Positions 46,392-56,985 of a stretch of DNA of 64,000 nucleotides are shown here, piece after piece (position 1 is the stretch's first letter; the number at the start of each line of letters is the position of its first letter). A program made the position numbers and the translations under genes. The DNA is from an uncultured cyanobacterium (GTDB lineage Bacteria; Cyanobacteriota; Cyanobacteriia; CAKZMO01): contig CAVRCJ010000010.1 in the NCBI GenBank assembly GCA_963719515.1, forward strand, positions 736,001 through 800,000, read 5' to 3'. The notes under the pieces were generated by a model, which saw only the letters and a program-made list of their open reading frames with translations, was not told the DNA's origin and did no database searches.

Positions 46392-46811
46392 TTAGTCCTC
46401 GTCCTCATCTTCGTCCTCGTCTTCCTCACCCTCGACGCGATCGCGGTATTCATCCGCCGTCAGGCCGTCATCAAGTTCTGAGGGATCGGTGATCTTCACT
46501 TTCACCATCCATCCAGCTTCGTAGGCATCGTCAGACAAACGCTCTGGCGCTTCGATCAGAGCATCGTTGCGCTCTACAACGGCTCCGCTTACCGGTGAAA
46601 CCAGGTCTTCCACTGCTTTCACCGACTCTACCGTGCCAAAAGTCTCGCCCTTGCCGACGGCATCGCCCACCTCGGGAAGCTCTAAAAAAACGATATCCCC
46701 CAGCTCATCTATCGCAAAGGCGGAGATGCCCAGGGTGACCACGTCTCCCACAAGTTCTGCATATTCATGGGAGTCAAAATAGGTCAAGTGGTCAGGGTAG
46801 TCTAGGGCCAT
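46392..46811 (-). CDS. gcvH: Glycine cleavage system H protein
   Basis: SHEY, GISAFA, VESVKAV lipoyl Lys. Confidence 0.96.
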   Translation of the reverse strand: MALDYPDHLTYFDSHEYAELVGDVVTLGISAFAIDELGDIVFLELPEVGDAVGKGETFGTVESVKAVEDLVSPVSGAVVERNDALIEAPERLSDDAYEAGWMVKVKITDPSELDDGLTADEYRDRVEGEEDEDEDEDED

Positions 46812-46954
46812 GGTTTACCTCAAATCACCATCAACGAAAGGGTACGCGGAAATCACCTGTCACCCTCTACTCATAACTTCAAACTTGCCAGGACACAAGT
46901 GGAACGTAAACCGCTTCAATCTGGCTGCACCGGCTCTTGAGTCAAGCAACAGGG

Positions 46955-48031
46955 CTAGCGTCGCCGGTAAAAGGGCCGCTTCACAACCTTAGCGGGGTAA
47001 GCTGTGCCGCGAATATCCACCTCAAGGGTCTGTCCCGGCTTGGCCAGCGGCGTTTTTACGTAGGCCAAAGCCACTGGATAGCCCAGAGTGGGCGCGAGGG
47101 TGCCGCTCGTTATGGTACCCACCGAATCTCCCTGATGCTGCACGCCGTAGTCATGCCGCGCTATATTCCGGCCTTCCATCTGCAGCCCCACAAGCTTTCG
47201 CTCTAGCCCATAAACCTGTTGCTCTAGCACCGATCGCCCTATAAAGTCTCCTTTGCGCTCCAGGTGGACGAGCCAGCCCAAGCCTGCTTCTAGAGGGGTG
47301 GTCGTTTCGTCGATGTCTTGGCCGTAAAGCGCCATCGCCGCCTCTAGCCGCAGGGTGTCCCGCGCCCCGAGGCCACAGGGGCTGACGCCCGCCTCCATCA
47401 GCGATCGCCATAGGCCACTTGCCGCTTCCGGGGCCACCATAATCTCGAAGCCATCTTCTCCGGTATAGCCCGTCCGAGCGATAAAGGCGGGCTGTCCGCA
47501 CAGCGTAATTTCGGCATGCTGAAAGCGCCCTAGTTCAGAGAGGACATGGGCGGTCAGCGGCTGAAGCTTGCTTTCAGCTTCGGGCCCCTGGAGCGCTAGC
47601 AGCGCCTGCCCCGAAAGGTTTTCCACCTGCTGCTCGTCGCCGAGGTGCTGCTGTAGCCAGTCCAAATCTTTCGCGGTCGTGGCGGCGTTGGCGATAATTA
47701 TCGCCTGCTCTTGTCCCCTGTCGTCTGCCTGCCGGTAAATAATCAGATCGTCTAAGATACCTGCTGTCTCGTTGAGCAGTACGGTGTACTGAGCACCGCC
47801 GGGGGCTAGGTCGCTCAAGTCAGTAGGCACGAGGGTTTGGAGGGCAGCGAAAAGCTGGGAGCCCTGGAGGCGAAACGTTCCCATATGGGAAATGTCAAAC
47901 AGCCCGGCCCGCTGACGCACTGCTGCGTGCTCTGCGCGGATGCCCTCGAACTGAACGGGCATCTCCCAGCCTGCGAACGGCGTCAGCCGAGCTTGACGGT
48001 GGTAGAGAGAATGGAGAGGGGTATATTGCAT
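46955..48031 (-). CDS. gcvT: Glycine cleavage system T protein
   Basis: FAGWEMPVQF, LFDISHMG, RTGYTGEDGFE, GLGARDTLRLEA. Confidence 0.96.
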   Translation of the reverse strand: MQYTPLHSLYHRQARLTPFAGWEMPVQFEGIRAEHAAVRQRAGLFDISHMGTFRLQGSQLFAALQTLVPTDLSDLAPGGAQYTVLLNETAGILDDLIIYRQADDRGQEQAIIIANAATTAKDLDWLQQHLGDEQQVENLSGQALLALQGPEAESKLQPLTAHVLSELGRFQHAEITLCGQPAFIARTGYTGEDGFEIMVAPEAASGLWRSLMEAGVSPCGLGARDTLRLEAAMALYGQDIDETTTPLEAGLGWLVHLERKGDFIGRSVLEQQVYGLERKLVGLQMEGRNIARHDYGVQHQGDSVGTITSGTLAPTLGYPVALAYVKTPLAKPGQTLEVDIRGTAYPAKVVKRPFYRRR

Positions 48032-48219
48032 ATTGTGCTGATTTTTTGTGCCAATCTGAGCGGCCGATGGGCAGAGTTACTCGTGAGTGTCCATCCTAAA
48101 GGAACTTGAGGGGTGGATTTGCTACTGTATATTGAGCTACGATCGCGCATTGCTTGGGACGGGCCTTCGGTCTCCCAGCTGGGGCTTGCTATTTGAACGA
48201 GCAGAAAGGAATTCGGCCT

Positions 48220-50073
48220 GTGAACTATCGAATGCTGATATCAAGTGGACTGGGGATACTAGGGGCGCTTTTGATGTCGGCCCCGGCCCTAGCGGCGCGT
48301 CTGGAATTTTGGCGCTTTGATGTGTCAGAAAACCAGCTTACATTTACAACTGACGAAACCGTTCGGCCTCGGGCGCAGATGCTGCGAAATCCGACCCGAA
48401 TCTTAATTGACCTACCAGGAACCACCCTAGTCGATACGGAACGGCTGTCTCAGGCGGTGGGTAGCGCTGTGCGCAATGTCCGCGTCGATCAGCTCGACCC
48501 CCAGGTGACCCGGCTCACCATTGAGTACGGCGCAGGCTACCAGGTCGATCCACAACAGGTGCGGGTTCAGGGCGTAACGCCCACCCAGTGGCGGGTGAGA
48601 CTCCCTGAGGCTCAGCTCGTCGGCTCATCGTCCCCTCAGCCTCCGGCACGTCCTCCGGCATCGCGGCCTTCCGCCGTTCCCCCCGCGCCCCAACCCTCAC
48701 CCGTTGCCCAGCAGCCGACCCCACCTCCCGCCACCGGGGCCACCCAGATCACCGAGCTGGTGGTCACCCCCGACGGCTTTTTCCTACGCACTCAGGGGCC
48801 AGCGCCCGAAATCACGGCTCGGAAGCGCCGTCGCCGCCGTCGCCGCGATCGCCGCCGTCTGGTGTTCACGATTGAGAACGCTGCGCTCTCTCCAGAGCTG
48901 CTCGGCGAGCGGACCTTAGATCGCTACGGCGTCGAGACGATTGAATTTGAGCAGGACGACGAGACCCCGTCTAATGTGACAATGACCCTCAACTTTGAGG
49001 AGGACAATCAAACGTGGCGGGCCAGCGCTAGCAACCTAGGGGGCATCGTGCTGATTCCCACGAGGGGAGTAGACGGCCCGGCGGCCCCGATCACGCCCCC
49101 TGTGGCAGAGTCTACGGACCCCACGGTGGTATCGGGGCTACGGCTCGACAGCAGCGGACTTGCCGTTGTGGCCAACCGGCCCCTCCAAGGGGCGATCGCC
49201 GGATGGGAGCGCAGCAGCGTCGACTACCGCATTATCATCCCCGATGCCCGTCTCGACCCCAACGCGGTGACGCAGCTGCCGCCCAACCCTCTATTTGCCC
49301 GCGCTGAGCTGCAGCAGGATGGAAGCCAAGTGATTGTCTCCTTGTTGCCCGCTCTTGGTACCCAGCTCCAGACCATTCAGCCCGTCGACCAGGGTCTGCA
49401 GGTGGGCTTTGAGTCTTCTCGGGCCGTGGCGCTGCCGCCCAACTCTGGGGCACCCCCGACGTCTCAGCCGCTTCCCCCCTTGTCTCAGCCGCTTCCCCCT
49501 ATCTCGCTCCCCCAGATTCCCAATGGTCGCATCGTGGTTGTCATCGACCCTGGCCACGGTGGGTTCGACCCCGGAGCCGTCGGCATTGGAGGTTTGCAGG
49601 AGAAGAATATCGTCTTGCCGGTTTCCATTCAGGTGGCCCAAATTTTGGAACAGCAGGGCGTCAGCACTATCATGACGCGCCGGGACGACCGGGAGATTGA
49701 TTTAGAGCCACGGGTTCAAATTGCCGAGCGGGCCAATGCTACGCTATTTGTGAGCATTCACGCCAACGCGATTAGCCTGAGCCGCCCCGACGTCAACGGT
49801 ATCGAGACTTACTACACCTCTGGCGAAGGGCAGCGATTTGCCCAAGTGATTCACCGCAATCTTCTCCAGGCCACCGGGGGCCCTGACCGAGGAGTGCGTC
49901 AGGCGCGATTTTACGTTTTGCGCAACACCTCCATGCCAGCGGTGCTCGTTGAGACGGGGTTTGTCACCGGAGCGCAAGATGCCCCTCGGCTAGCCGACCC
50001 GGCCTATCAAACCCGCCTTGCCCAAGGAATCGCAAACGGCATTCTGCAATATATCCAACAAAATTTCCGATGA
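48220..50073 (+). CDS. amiC: N-acetylmuramoyl-L-alanine amidase (AMIN + Amidase_3)
   Basis: NPTRILIDLP; IDPGHGG, FVSIHAN, PAVLVETGF; start uncertain. Confidence 0.9.
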   Translation: MNYRMLISSGLGILGALLMSAPALAARLEFWRFDVSENQLTFTTDETVRPRAQMLRNPTRILIDLPGTTLVDTERLSQAVGSAVRNVRVDQLDPQVTRLTIEYGAGYQVDPQQVRVQGVTPTQWRVRLPEAQLVGSSSPQPPARPPASRPSAVPPAPQPSPVAQQPTPPPATGATQITELVVTPDGFFLRTQGPAPEITARKRRRRRRRDRRRLVFTIENAALSPELLGERTLDRYGVETIEFEQDDETPSNVTMTLNFEEDNQTWRASASNLGGIVLIPTRGVDGPAAPITPPVAESTDPTVVSGLRLDSSGLAVVANRPLQGAIAGWERSSVDYRIIIPDARLDPNAVTQLPPNPLFARAELQQDGSQVIVSLLPALGTQLQTIQPVDQGLQVGFESSRAVALPPNSGAPPTSQPLPPLSQPLPPISLPQIPNGRIVVVIDPGHGGFDPGAVGIGGLQEKNIVLPVSIQVAQILEQQGVSTIMTRRDDREIDLEPRVQIAERANATLFVSIHANAISLSRPDVNGIETYYTSGEGQRFAQVIHRNLLQATGGPDRGVRQARFYVLRNTSMPAVLVETGFVTGAQDAPRLADPAYQTRLAQGIANGILQYIQQNFR

Positions 50074-50894
50074 CCTATACCTCCAAAGCTGCCAGTAATG
50101 CCAGTGCCGCCAGCCCCAGCGAGCAGGAATGGTGGGTGCAGCGCTGGGTCGACTTGCTCAACGCCTACCGCTTTAAAAAGCGCTTAGAGCGAGGCCGACT
50201 CTACGCTCGCGAAGGCAATATCCTCAGCATGGAGTTTCGGGGCTCGAAGGTGCATGCGGTGGTTCAAGGAACCGCGCCAGAACCCTACGAGTTGACGATC
50301 TCCATTGAGTCGTTTAGTCAAGACGACTGGCGCTACGTGGTCAACTCTATGGCGCAAAAGGCGGTGTATTCGGCCAAGCTGCTGGCGGGCACTATGCCAG
50401 ACGACATCGAGGGGGTTTTCACCAGCAACGGTCTCAGCCTATTTCCTTTTTCCCTATCGGACGTGCGATCGCGCTGCAGCTGCCCCGATCCTAAAAATCC
50501 CTGCAAACACATTGCGGCGGTGTACTACCAGCTCGGAGATAGCTTTCGCGAAGATCCCTTTATTTTGTTCCAGCTGAGGGGACGCACCAAACACGAAATT
50601 TTGCAGGCGCTGCGGGAAAAGCGCAGCGGACCGACGACAGCTCAAGCCAAAACTGCTATCGAGGAGAAAGACGCTAGCCGCCTCGATTTGACCCAATATT
50701 GGGCCTACGGGGAAACCTTAGACCCCTCTTTGGTGGTCATTACGCCAGCGAGCGGGCAAACGGTGCTGGATGTGCTGGGCAAGCTCCCCCTCTCTTCTAA
50801 CGATGCTCAAACGGTGCGTCAGCACCTAGATACGCTCTATCAGGCCGTGTCTCAGACCGCCATGATGGAAGCGCTGGGCGGCGGTAATCGATAG
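50070..50894 (+). CDS. SWIM zinc finger protein
   Basis: RLERGRLYAR, CSCPD…PCKHIAAV. Confidence 0.9.
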   Translation: MTYTSKAASNASAASPSEQEWWVQRWVDLLNAYRFKKRLERGRLYAREGNILSMEFRGSKVHAVVQGTAPEPYELTISIESFSQDDWRYVVNSMAQKAVYSAKLLAGTMPDDIEGVFTSNGLSLFPFSLSDVRSRCSCPDPKNPCKHIAAVYYQLGDSFREDPFILFQLRGRTKHEILQALREKRSGPTTAQAKTAIEEKDASRLDLTQYWAYGETLDPSLVVITPASGQTVLDVLGKLPLSSNDAQTVRQHLDTLYQAVSQTAMMEALGGGNR

Positions 50895-50907
50895 CAGCTC
50901 AGGCTTC

Positions 50908-51210
50908 CTACAGCCCCCGCATCGCCATAGTCAGTAGCCCTTGCTGCCCCAGCAAAAGCTCTCGCAGCAGGCTGACAACGCCAGCCCAGATGATGGGGGT
51001 AATGTCGACTCCGCCTATGGGAGAGATAACCTTGCGTAAGGGCACAAGAAACGGCTCTGTGGGCCAAGCTACCAGATTAAAGGGGAGCTTGTTCAAATCC
51101 GCTTCGGGGTACCAGGTCAAGATGGTGCGCAGGATGAAGAGCAGCGTCATTAGGGCGAGCACTACCCCCAACGCTCCAGCGGCAATGGGAAGAAACGAGT
51201 AAGATGACAT
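50908..51210 (-). CDS. YggT family membrane protein
   Basis: LTWYP, PTEPFL, GGVDITPII. Confidence 0.9.
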   Translation of the reverse strand: MSSYSFLPIAAGALGVVLALMTLLFILRTILTWYPEADLNKLPFNLVAWPTEPFLVPLRKVISPIGGVDITPIIWAGVVSLLRELLLGQQGLLTMAMRGL

Positions 51211-51433
51211 AACCTATGGTTGGGAAACACAAAGGTTATTTTAGCTAATTCGTGAAGGTCCCGCGATGAGCGTCGAGAGCATTCACCGCCGATCCCAATG
51301 CTCAGCCCAATGAGTAAGGGCACAGAGCTTTCCGCCGGCTTAGGGCGAATGTGGCCTGGGCTTCTCAAGAGACAGCTGAAACGGTACTATGATTAGGATT
51401 CACGTAAACTTTTAATTCTGGAGTTGGAGCCGT

Positions 51434-51553
51434 ATGACCCCGTCTTTGGCAAACTTCCTCTACAGCCTCTTGGCCGGCGCCATTATTCTGGTGATCCCCG
51501 CCACAATCGCGCTGCTCTTCATCAGCCAAAAAGATAAAGTTAAGCGCCAGTAG
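51434..51553 (+). CDS. psbX: Photosystem II reaction centre protein X (not in ORF track)
   Basis: [39 protein letters not shown]. Confidence 0.93.
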   Translation: MTPSLANFLYSLLAGAIILVIPATIALLFISQKDKVKRQ

Positions 51554-51779
51554 GTGCTGAGTGCGCCTAATCGTAGGTCAGCAGCATCTTTACAATCGCA
51601 ACCCTATCGGCTTGACTGCTTCAATGTCGACGGCTTTCGATAGACATAATTAGCGTCAGAGGTGCAAATCTTTCCCGCTGGGCTTGGAGTTCTATCTCCA
51701 GACTCGTTACTATAGACGTACGTCATCACGTCGGCACGAGTTAGGTCGGCATAGTCCAAACTGGCAGAATGGAGAAGCC

Positions 51780-52769
51780 ATGATCAATATCGGGGGAGGT
51801 CCCGCGTTTATTCTTGGGGTTGCGATGATTTTGGCTGGGGTAGCGCTGTATGCCATGCGCTCGCTGCGGCCAGAGCTATCGCGAGATCACGATATTTTCT
51901 TTGCTGCGATCGCGCTAACAAGCGGAGCCATTTTGATGTGGCAAGGCTGGCGCCTCGACCCATTTTTGTTTTTGGGCTATCTCTGTGCAGCCGGATCGGC
52001 AGCTTTCTTCGGGGTCGAGAATATTCGACTACGGGGCATTACGACCGAGCAGGCCAAGCGCAATACGCCTATCACTGACAAAGGCCGTGCAGTGAGCCGG
52101 CAGTACGACTACGAGCCTCAAGATTACGACTACGACCAGGACGACTATCGACCTGAGCGAGGGTTGCCGTCTCGGGAAGACCGCGCTGAGCGTCAAATTC
52201 GGGCGACCCGCGATGGTCGTCAGGGCTATGGGGGAGACGAGCGTCGCCGCCTGCGTCGTCGCGATGAGGCTCCCCGCAGCGCTTCCTACGACGATGAGCG
52301 CTACGCCAGCGCTCGATATGCTCCCGACAGCCGAGGGCGCGATCGCTACGACGATGAGCGCTACGCGCCGGTAGACGATGTACCGCCGTCCCGCAAGCGA
52401 CGCCTGCCCCGTACCGGTCGCGGCGCTGAGCGACCGGCAGTCCGAGACGATTGGGACACTCCTGACGCTGCAGCGCGCTCGGGCCAAGGTCCTGTGTTGA
52501 CGTCTCGTCCCCCGGCTCCCTCTCGCGACTTCGACGACATCCCGCCTTTGCCAAAAGTCGATCGCGATGGTTCGGGTCAGGGCCCTTCCAAACGGACCGG
52601 CTTAGAGGGACGGCGGCCTCTAAACGTCAAGCCCGCCCCTACAGGCTACGGCACTCCCTATAGCGACGATCCTCCAGCTTCGTCAGACTACGCCGACTAC
52701 CGCCCCATCGACGATGACCATCCCGCTGATGTCGAAGACGACAACAGCGATTACCAGCAGCCGTACTAA
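51780..52769 (+). CDS. ycf66: Ycf66 family protein
   Basis: RPELSRDHDIFF…QGWRLDP…ENIRLRG; follows psbX. Confidence 0.88.
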   Translation: MINIGGGPAFILGVAMILAGVALYAMRSLRPELSRDHDIFFAAIALTSGAILMWQGWRLDPFLFLGYLCAAGSAAFFGVENIRLRGITTEQAKRNTPITDKGRAVSRQYDYEPQDYDYDQDDYRPERGLPSREDRAERQIRATRDGRQGYGGDERRRLRRRDEAPRSASYDDERYASARYAPDSRGRDRYDDERYAPVDDVPPSRKRRLPRTGRGAERPAVRDDWDTPDAAARSGQGPVLTSRPPAPSRDFDDIPPLPKVDRDGSGQGPSKRTGLEGRRPLNVKPAPTGYGTPYSDDPPASSDYADYRPIDDDHPADVEDDNSDYQQPY

Positions 52770-52773
52770 GCCG

Positions 52774-53442
52774 ATGCGGCCCGCTATCCTATTTGATCTA
52801 GATGGTACGCTGACGAACACCGATCCGATTCACTATGCCGTCTGGAAGGATAGTCTTCAGCCCTACGACATCGCCCTCAATCGCTCTTTTTACGAGGCTA
52901 AGTTTAGCGGGCGACTGAACGTAGATATCATTGGGGATATTTTGCCTCAGCTTTCGGCAGAGGAAGGAAGGCAGCTTAGCGACCGCAAAGAGTCCTCGTT
53001 TCGGGATCGGGCGGCAGATGAGCTAGTGCCCTTGGCGGGGTTGCTCGATTTGCTGCACTGGACTGAGGAAAACGGCGTTCGTCGGGGTATTGTCACCAAT
53101 GCGCCAGCAGCCAACGCCAACTTTACAATCGAGGCGCTAGGTCTACGCGCTTGGTTTCCAGAAGTTGTCATTAGCGAGCGGCTCAAAGCGGGCAAGCCCC
53201 ACCCCCTTCCCTACCTCACAGGGCTGGCTCGCCTCGGCGTGACCGCAGCGGAAACCCTTGTCTTTGAAGACTCGGTCTCGGGCGTGCGGTCGGCTGTAGG
53301 CGCGGGCATTTTCACCGTAGGCATTACCTCCACCCATGGATCAGGCGCGCTCAAAGACGCCGGAGCCCAGCAAACTATCTCTGATTTTGCCGACGCTGCA
53401 CTTACCGCGACGCTTGCCAACCTAACCTCCGGTAGGTTATGA
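52774..53442 (+). CDS. HAD family phosphatase
   Basis: FDLDGTL, KPHPLPY, FEDSVSG. Confidence 0.92.
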   Translation: MRPAILFDLDGTLTNTDPIHYAVWKDSLQPYDIALNRSFYEAKFSGRLNVDIIGDILPQLSAEEGRQLSDRKESSFRDRAADELVPLAGLLDLLHWTEENGVRRGIVTNAPAANANFTIEALGLRAWFPEVVISERLKAGKPHPLPYLTGLARLGVTAAETLVFEDSVSGVRSAVGAGIFTVGITSTHGSGALKDAGAQQTISDFADAALTATLANLTSGRL

Positions 53443-53472
53443 CAGAGGCGCGCTGCCTCTGTCTTTTGACGG

Positions 53473-54099
53473 GTGAACAATCGGCAGAGCTATGGCCGAA
53501 TCAGTACAACTTTAGTGATCACCCTGGCTATGACTTTAATGCGTCGAGCAGGAGCTGCTTTGCTCTCCGTAGGAGCCGTTTTGCTAATGGGCGATCGCGT
53601 TCATGCGCAAGAGCGGCAGGGCTGCTTTATGGTCAATCCGTTCAACCAGCTGATTGACCTGACAGAAATTTGTCCCGTACAGACCTCGGACAGCGTCAGT
53701 GAAGCCGTGGGTGAGCCGACCCTGGGCACCGGAGACATCCAGGTCACCCTGCGCTGGAGCTCAACAGACGACTTGGATTTGGCGGTGATTGATCCTAGCG
53801 GTAACGAAGTCAATTTTCTCAACCCCAGCATTCCATCTGGGGGACAGCTGGACGTTGACGCCAACGCAGGCTGCCTTGGAAGCCTAACTCAAACTCCGGT
53901 GGAAAACGTGTTTTGGCCCCCAAGCGAGGCCCCTGCTGGCAACTACAGCATCGCGGTGAGGCTATTCGAGCGCTGCGGCTCTAGCGCAGAGGCAATTCCG
54001 TTTGAGGCCACGCTACTCGTACAGGGGGCATCCGAATCGCTTTCCGGTAGCGTCAGCGATGCGAATCCTATCGCAGAATTCTCTTTCTCGGTTCCTTAG
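53473..54099 (+). CDS. Exported YfaP/DUF2135-like protein
   Basis: VTLRW…DLDLAVIDP…GGQLDVD…ENVFWP; start uncertain. Confidence 0.75.
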   Translation: MNNRQSYGRISTTLVITLAMTLMRRAGAALLSVGAVLLMGDRVHAQERQGCFMVNPFNQLIDLTEICPVQTSDSVSEAVGEPTLGTGDIQVTLRWSSTDDLDLAVIDPSGNEVNFLNPSIPSGGQLDVDANAGCLGSLTQTPVENVFWPPSEAPAGNYSIAVRLFERCGSSAEAIPFEATLLVQGASESLSGSVSDANPIAEFSFSVP

Positions 54100-54259
54100 G
54101 GGAAGGCCAACAGAACAGTGCACTGAATTTATAGGGTCTAGCCGATTGACCCGCTCGAAGAAACATGGCGATCGCTGTCAAATAAGTGGCATCCCGTGTA
54201 TCTTTAGTTTAATGATGTAACTTTGCTAGTAATTTCAAACTGAACTTGGGGATCTGTCC

Positions 54260-55162
54260 ATGCGCCAGGCACAACTTATTTCCATCGCAGCTGTCGCTGT
54301 CCTTGGGCTAGCGGGCTGTGATTCCTTGCGAGGAGGGGGTTCCGGGGGGCAAGACGATGGTGACGATGTCGACGTTACGGTTCAGGTCGAAGGCGACGAG
54401 GTGGCAGAGGGTGAGATAGAAGGTGAGGTGAACCCAGACGGCACGTCAGCCGACGGCGAATCGACCGAAGTTGGCAATCTCTCTAGCGATCCAAATGCCG
54501 AAGGCGATGCGCCGGTCGGGGCCGTTCCCTTAGATCTGATCACTTCTACCAATCCTAATACTCGAGCGCAGCAGGTTCAGCGCGATCGCCCCGATCCCTT
54601 CGGGCTTCTGCCCGCAACGCCGACGGTTGAGATTCCCGTCGCGGCTGCCCCAGCAGAGCGCGCTCGGCCCCAGACTTCTGGTTCTGCCGCTGGTAGCACC
54701 CCAGGGGGAAGTGGCTCAAGCACGCAAGCGCGGGCAGGCTCCGGCGCAAGCGGCAGCTCCAGCAGCGGTTCCAGCAGCGCTACCAGATCCAGCAGCGCGG
54801 CGAGTGGCTCTGGTAGCGCTTCAGATGACTCCGGCAGCGCTTCGGCGGCTCCGGCGATTCCACTCCCGCCCCCGACCACAATAGCCCGAGCCGTCGAGGT
54901 GTCTGGCGTCGTACAGATCGGCTCGGTCCCCTACGCCATTGTGCGAGCGCCCAATGAGCCGACAAGCCGCTACGTTCGGGCAGGGCAAAGTTTGTCGAAC
55001 GGCACGGTGTTGGTCAAGCGAATTGATAGTTCTCCGGGGCTAGAGCCCGTGGTGGTGCTAGAGCAAAACGGGGTTGAGGTTGTCCGCAATATAGACGGCG
55101 GTAGCGTTCCCTCTGACGATACGACCGAGACGGCGAGCACAGCGGACGCCTCGCTCAGCTAA
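54260..55162 (+). CDS. Lipoprotein with Ser-rich linker and PilP-like C-terminal beta domain
   Basis: Lipobox LAGC; RPDPF; VSGVVQIG…AIVRAP…RYVRAG. Confidence 0.65.
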   Translation: MRQAQLISIAAVAVLGLAGCDSLRGGGSGGQDDGDDVDVTVQVEGDEVAEGEIEGEVNPDGTSADGESTEVGNLSSDPNAEGDAPVGAVPLDLITSTNPNTRAQQVQRDRPDPFGLLPATPTVEIPVAAAPAERARPQTSGSAAGSTPGGSGSSTQARAGSGASGSSSSGSSSATRSSSAASGSGSASDDSGSASAAPAIPLPPPTTIARAVEVSGVVQIGSVPYAIVRAPNEPTSRYVRAGQSLSNGTVLVKRIDSSPGLEPVVVLEQNGVEVVRNIDGGSVPSDDTTETASTADASLS

Positions 55163-55171
55163 ATCGCTGTT

Positions 55172-55567
55172 TTAGCGACTAGACGGGAAGCCCCGCGCTC
55201 TACCCGTCAGGGTGAGCGTCGGGATGAGAGTCGCGCTAGCCGAAGTGCGCCCGCAAAATGATGCACAGCGGATAGTGCGCTCAGCGCTGAGGCTAGCAGT
55301 TGGTATGATAGAGATAGCAAGGTGATACACCCCGCAAAGAGTGTGACGGGCCCGTAGGCGAAAGCTGCAAGTCACCCGTTCCTCAGTTTGCAAATGTATC
55401 TGCGACACATAGTGCGTATCCTCCCTCGCGGAGATGAAAATTCAAAACTCTGCCGTGGGGCATCAGGCGGAGTATAAACCTATCTCAGGATATGTCTCGG
55501 CAATAGCTGGGAGTCACTGAGGAAGCCCGCGCTGTACAGCTTGCTGTCAGCGTCGGGAGGATGTCAC
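55172..55567 (+). mobile_element. Non-autonomous IS200/IS605-type element (PATE-like) with no ORF
   Basis: Left end TAGACGGGAAGCCCCGCGCT…AGCGTCGGGATGA; right end GAAGCCCGCGCTG…AGCGTCGGGAGGATGTCAC; both match the ends of the TnpB element. Confidence 0.8.
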
Positions 55568-55652
55568 AGGCCCGACAGGATGTCGGTGACAAAACTGGGC
55601 AGGGCGTCTTTGACCGCTTCGGACTGCTGCCTGTACCTAAGCTGTAGCGCCC

Positions 55653-56495
55653 GTGCCTGAACTCCCTGAAGTCGAAACCGTTTGCCGTGGACTCAATCGA
55701 GTTACCCTCCAACAGGCTGTTGTTGGGGGAGAGGTTTTGCTACCCCGAAGTATTGCTTATCCGAACGCCGCCGACTTTGTGCCGAGCCTAATGGGCTGCT
55801 GCTTTACCCAGTGGCAGCGGCGCGGAAAGTACTTGTTAGTCGGCCTTATGAAGGATGATGCTTCCGCGGGATGGCTAGGGGCACATTTGCGGATGACAGG
55901 TCAGCTTTTGTGGGTAGACCCTGAGGAAGCCCTGACGTCTCACTGCCGCGTCCGGATACTGTTCGCCTCGGGCCGAGAGCTTCGGTTTGTCGACCAGCGA
56001 ACCTTTGGGCAGATGTGGCGAGTGCCTGCCCAACAGAATCCACAGGAGGTGATCACGGCGCTACAGCGTCTCGGACCAGAACCCCTATCCAGCGAGTTTT
56101 CCCCGAGCTACCTCAAGGCGGCGCTAAAGAGTCGGCGGCGGCCCGTGAAGTCGGCGCTGCTTGACCAAAAACTGATCGCAGGCATCGGCAATATTTATGC
56201 CGACGAGGCGCTGTTTTTGAGCCACATCCGACCAACAACAGGGTGCGATCGCCTCACGTCCAAACAGTTTGCCCAACTGCACCAGCAGATCGTTACCGTG
56301 TTGACCCGCAGCATAGAGGCGGGAGGGACAACTTTCAGCGATTTTCGCGACGTCCACGGCGTCAACGGCAACTATGGTCAAATCGCTTGGGTTTACGGGC
56401 GGGAAGGAGAAAAGTGCCGTCTGTGTAGCGACCCTATTCAACGCCTCAAGCTGGTGGGACGTTCCACCTTTTTTTGCGCTCGCTGTCAGGCGTGA
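55653..56495 (+). CDS. mutM: Formamidopyrimidine-DNA glycosylase
   Basis: MPELPEVE, RRGKYL, HLRMTG, GIGNIYADE, C4 zinc finger. Confidence 0.97.
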   Translation: MPELPEVETVCRGLNRVTLQQAVVGGEVLLPRSIAYPNAADFVPSLMGCCFTQWQRRGKYLLVGLMKDDASAGWLGAHLRMTGQLLWVDPEEALTSHCRVRILFASGRELRFVDQRTFGQMWRVPAQQNPQEVITALQRLGPEPLSSEFSPSYLKAALKSRRRPVKSALLDQKLIAGIGNIYADEALFLSHIRPTTGCDRLTSKQFAQLHQQIVTVLTRSIEAGGTTFSDFRDVHGVNGNYGQIAWVYGREGEKCRLCSDPIQRLKLVGRSTFFCARCQA

Positions 56496-56606
56496 TCCTG
56501 CTGACAAGAGTGGTTACCCAGTCCGGGGTAGCTCGCCGCGATCGCGCGCCGTAAAATGTCAGCAGGTCCAACACATTCCCTTTTAACGTTTCTATGAGTA
56601 CCTTCC

Positions 56607-56957
56607 ATGAGTGACACCGGCGACACTATTTTCGGCAAAATCATCCGCCGGGAGATTCCGGCAGACATTGTTTACGAGGATGACCTAGCTCTGGCGTTCA
56701 GGGACATCGCTCCCCAAGCGCCAACCCATATTCTAGTAATTCCTAAAAAGCCGTTGCCCAGCCTGGCCGACGCGACCCCCGAAGACCACGCTTTGATGGG
56801 GCATCTGCTGCTGACGGCTCAGCGCGTTGCCTCGGAGGCCGGCTTGGCCAATGGCTACCGCGTGGTAATCAATACTGCGGCTGACGGGGGGCAAACCGTA
56901 GACCACCTCCATCTTCACGTTTTGGGGGGGCGATCGCTGAGCTGGCCCCCTGGTTGA
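56607..56957 (+). CDS. HIT family nucleotide-binding protein
   Basis: [23 protein letters not shown]. Confidence 0.95.
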   Translation: MSDTGDTIFGKIIRREIPADIVYEDDLALAFRDIAPQAPTHILVIPKKPLPSLADATPEDHALMGHLLLTAQRVASEAGLANGYRVVINTAADGGQTVDHLHLHVLGGRSLSWPPG

Positions 56958-56985
56958 TAGGCCAGCAGGCTTTGCTCACCCAGAC

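Noticed and set aside
52287..52367. Direct repeat TACGACGATGAGCGCTACGC in ycf66
   Set aside because: Ordinary duplication in a low-complexity disordered tail
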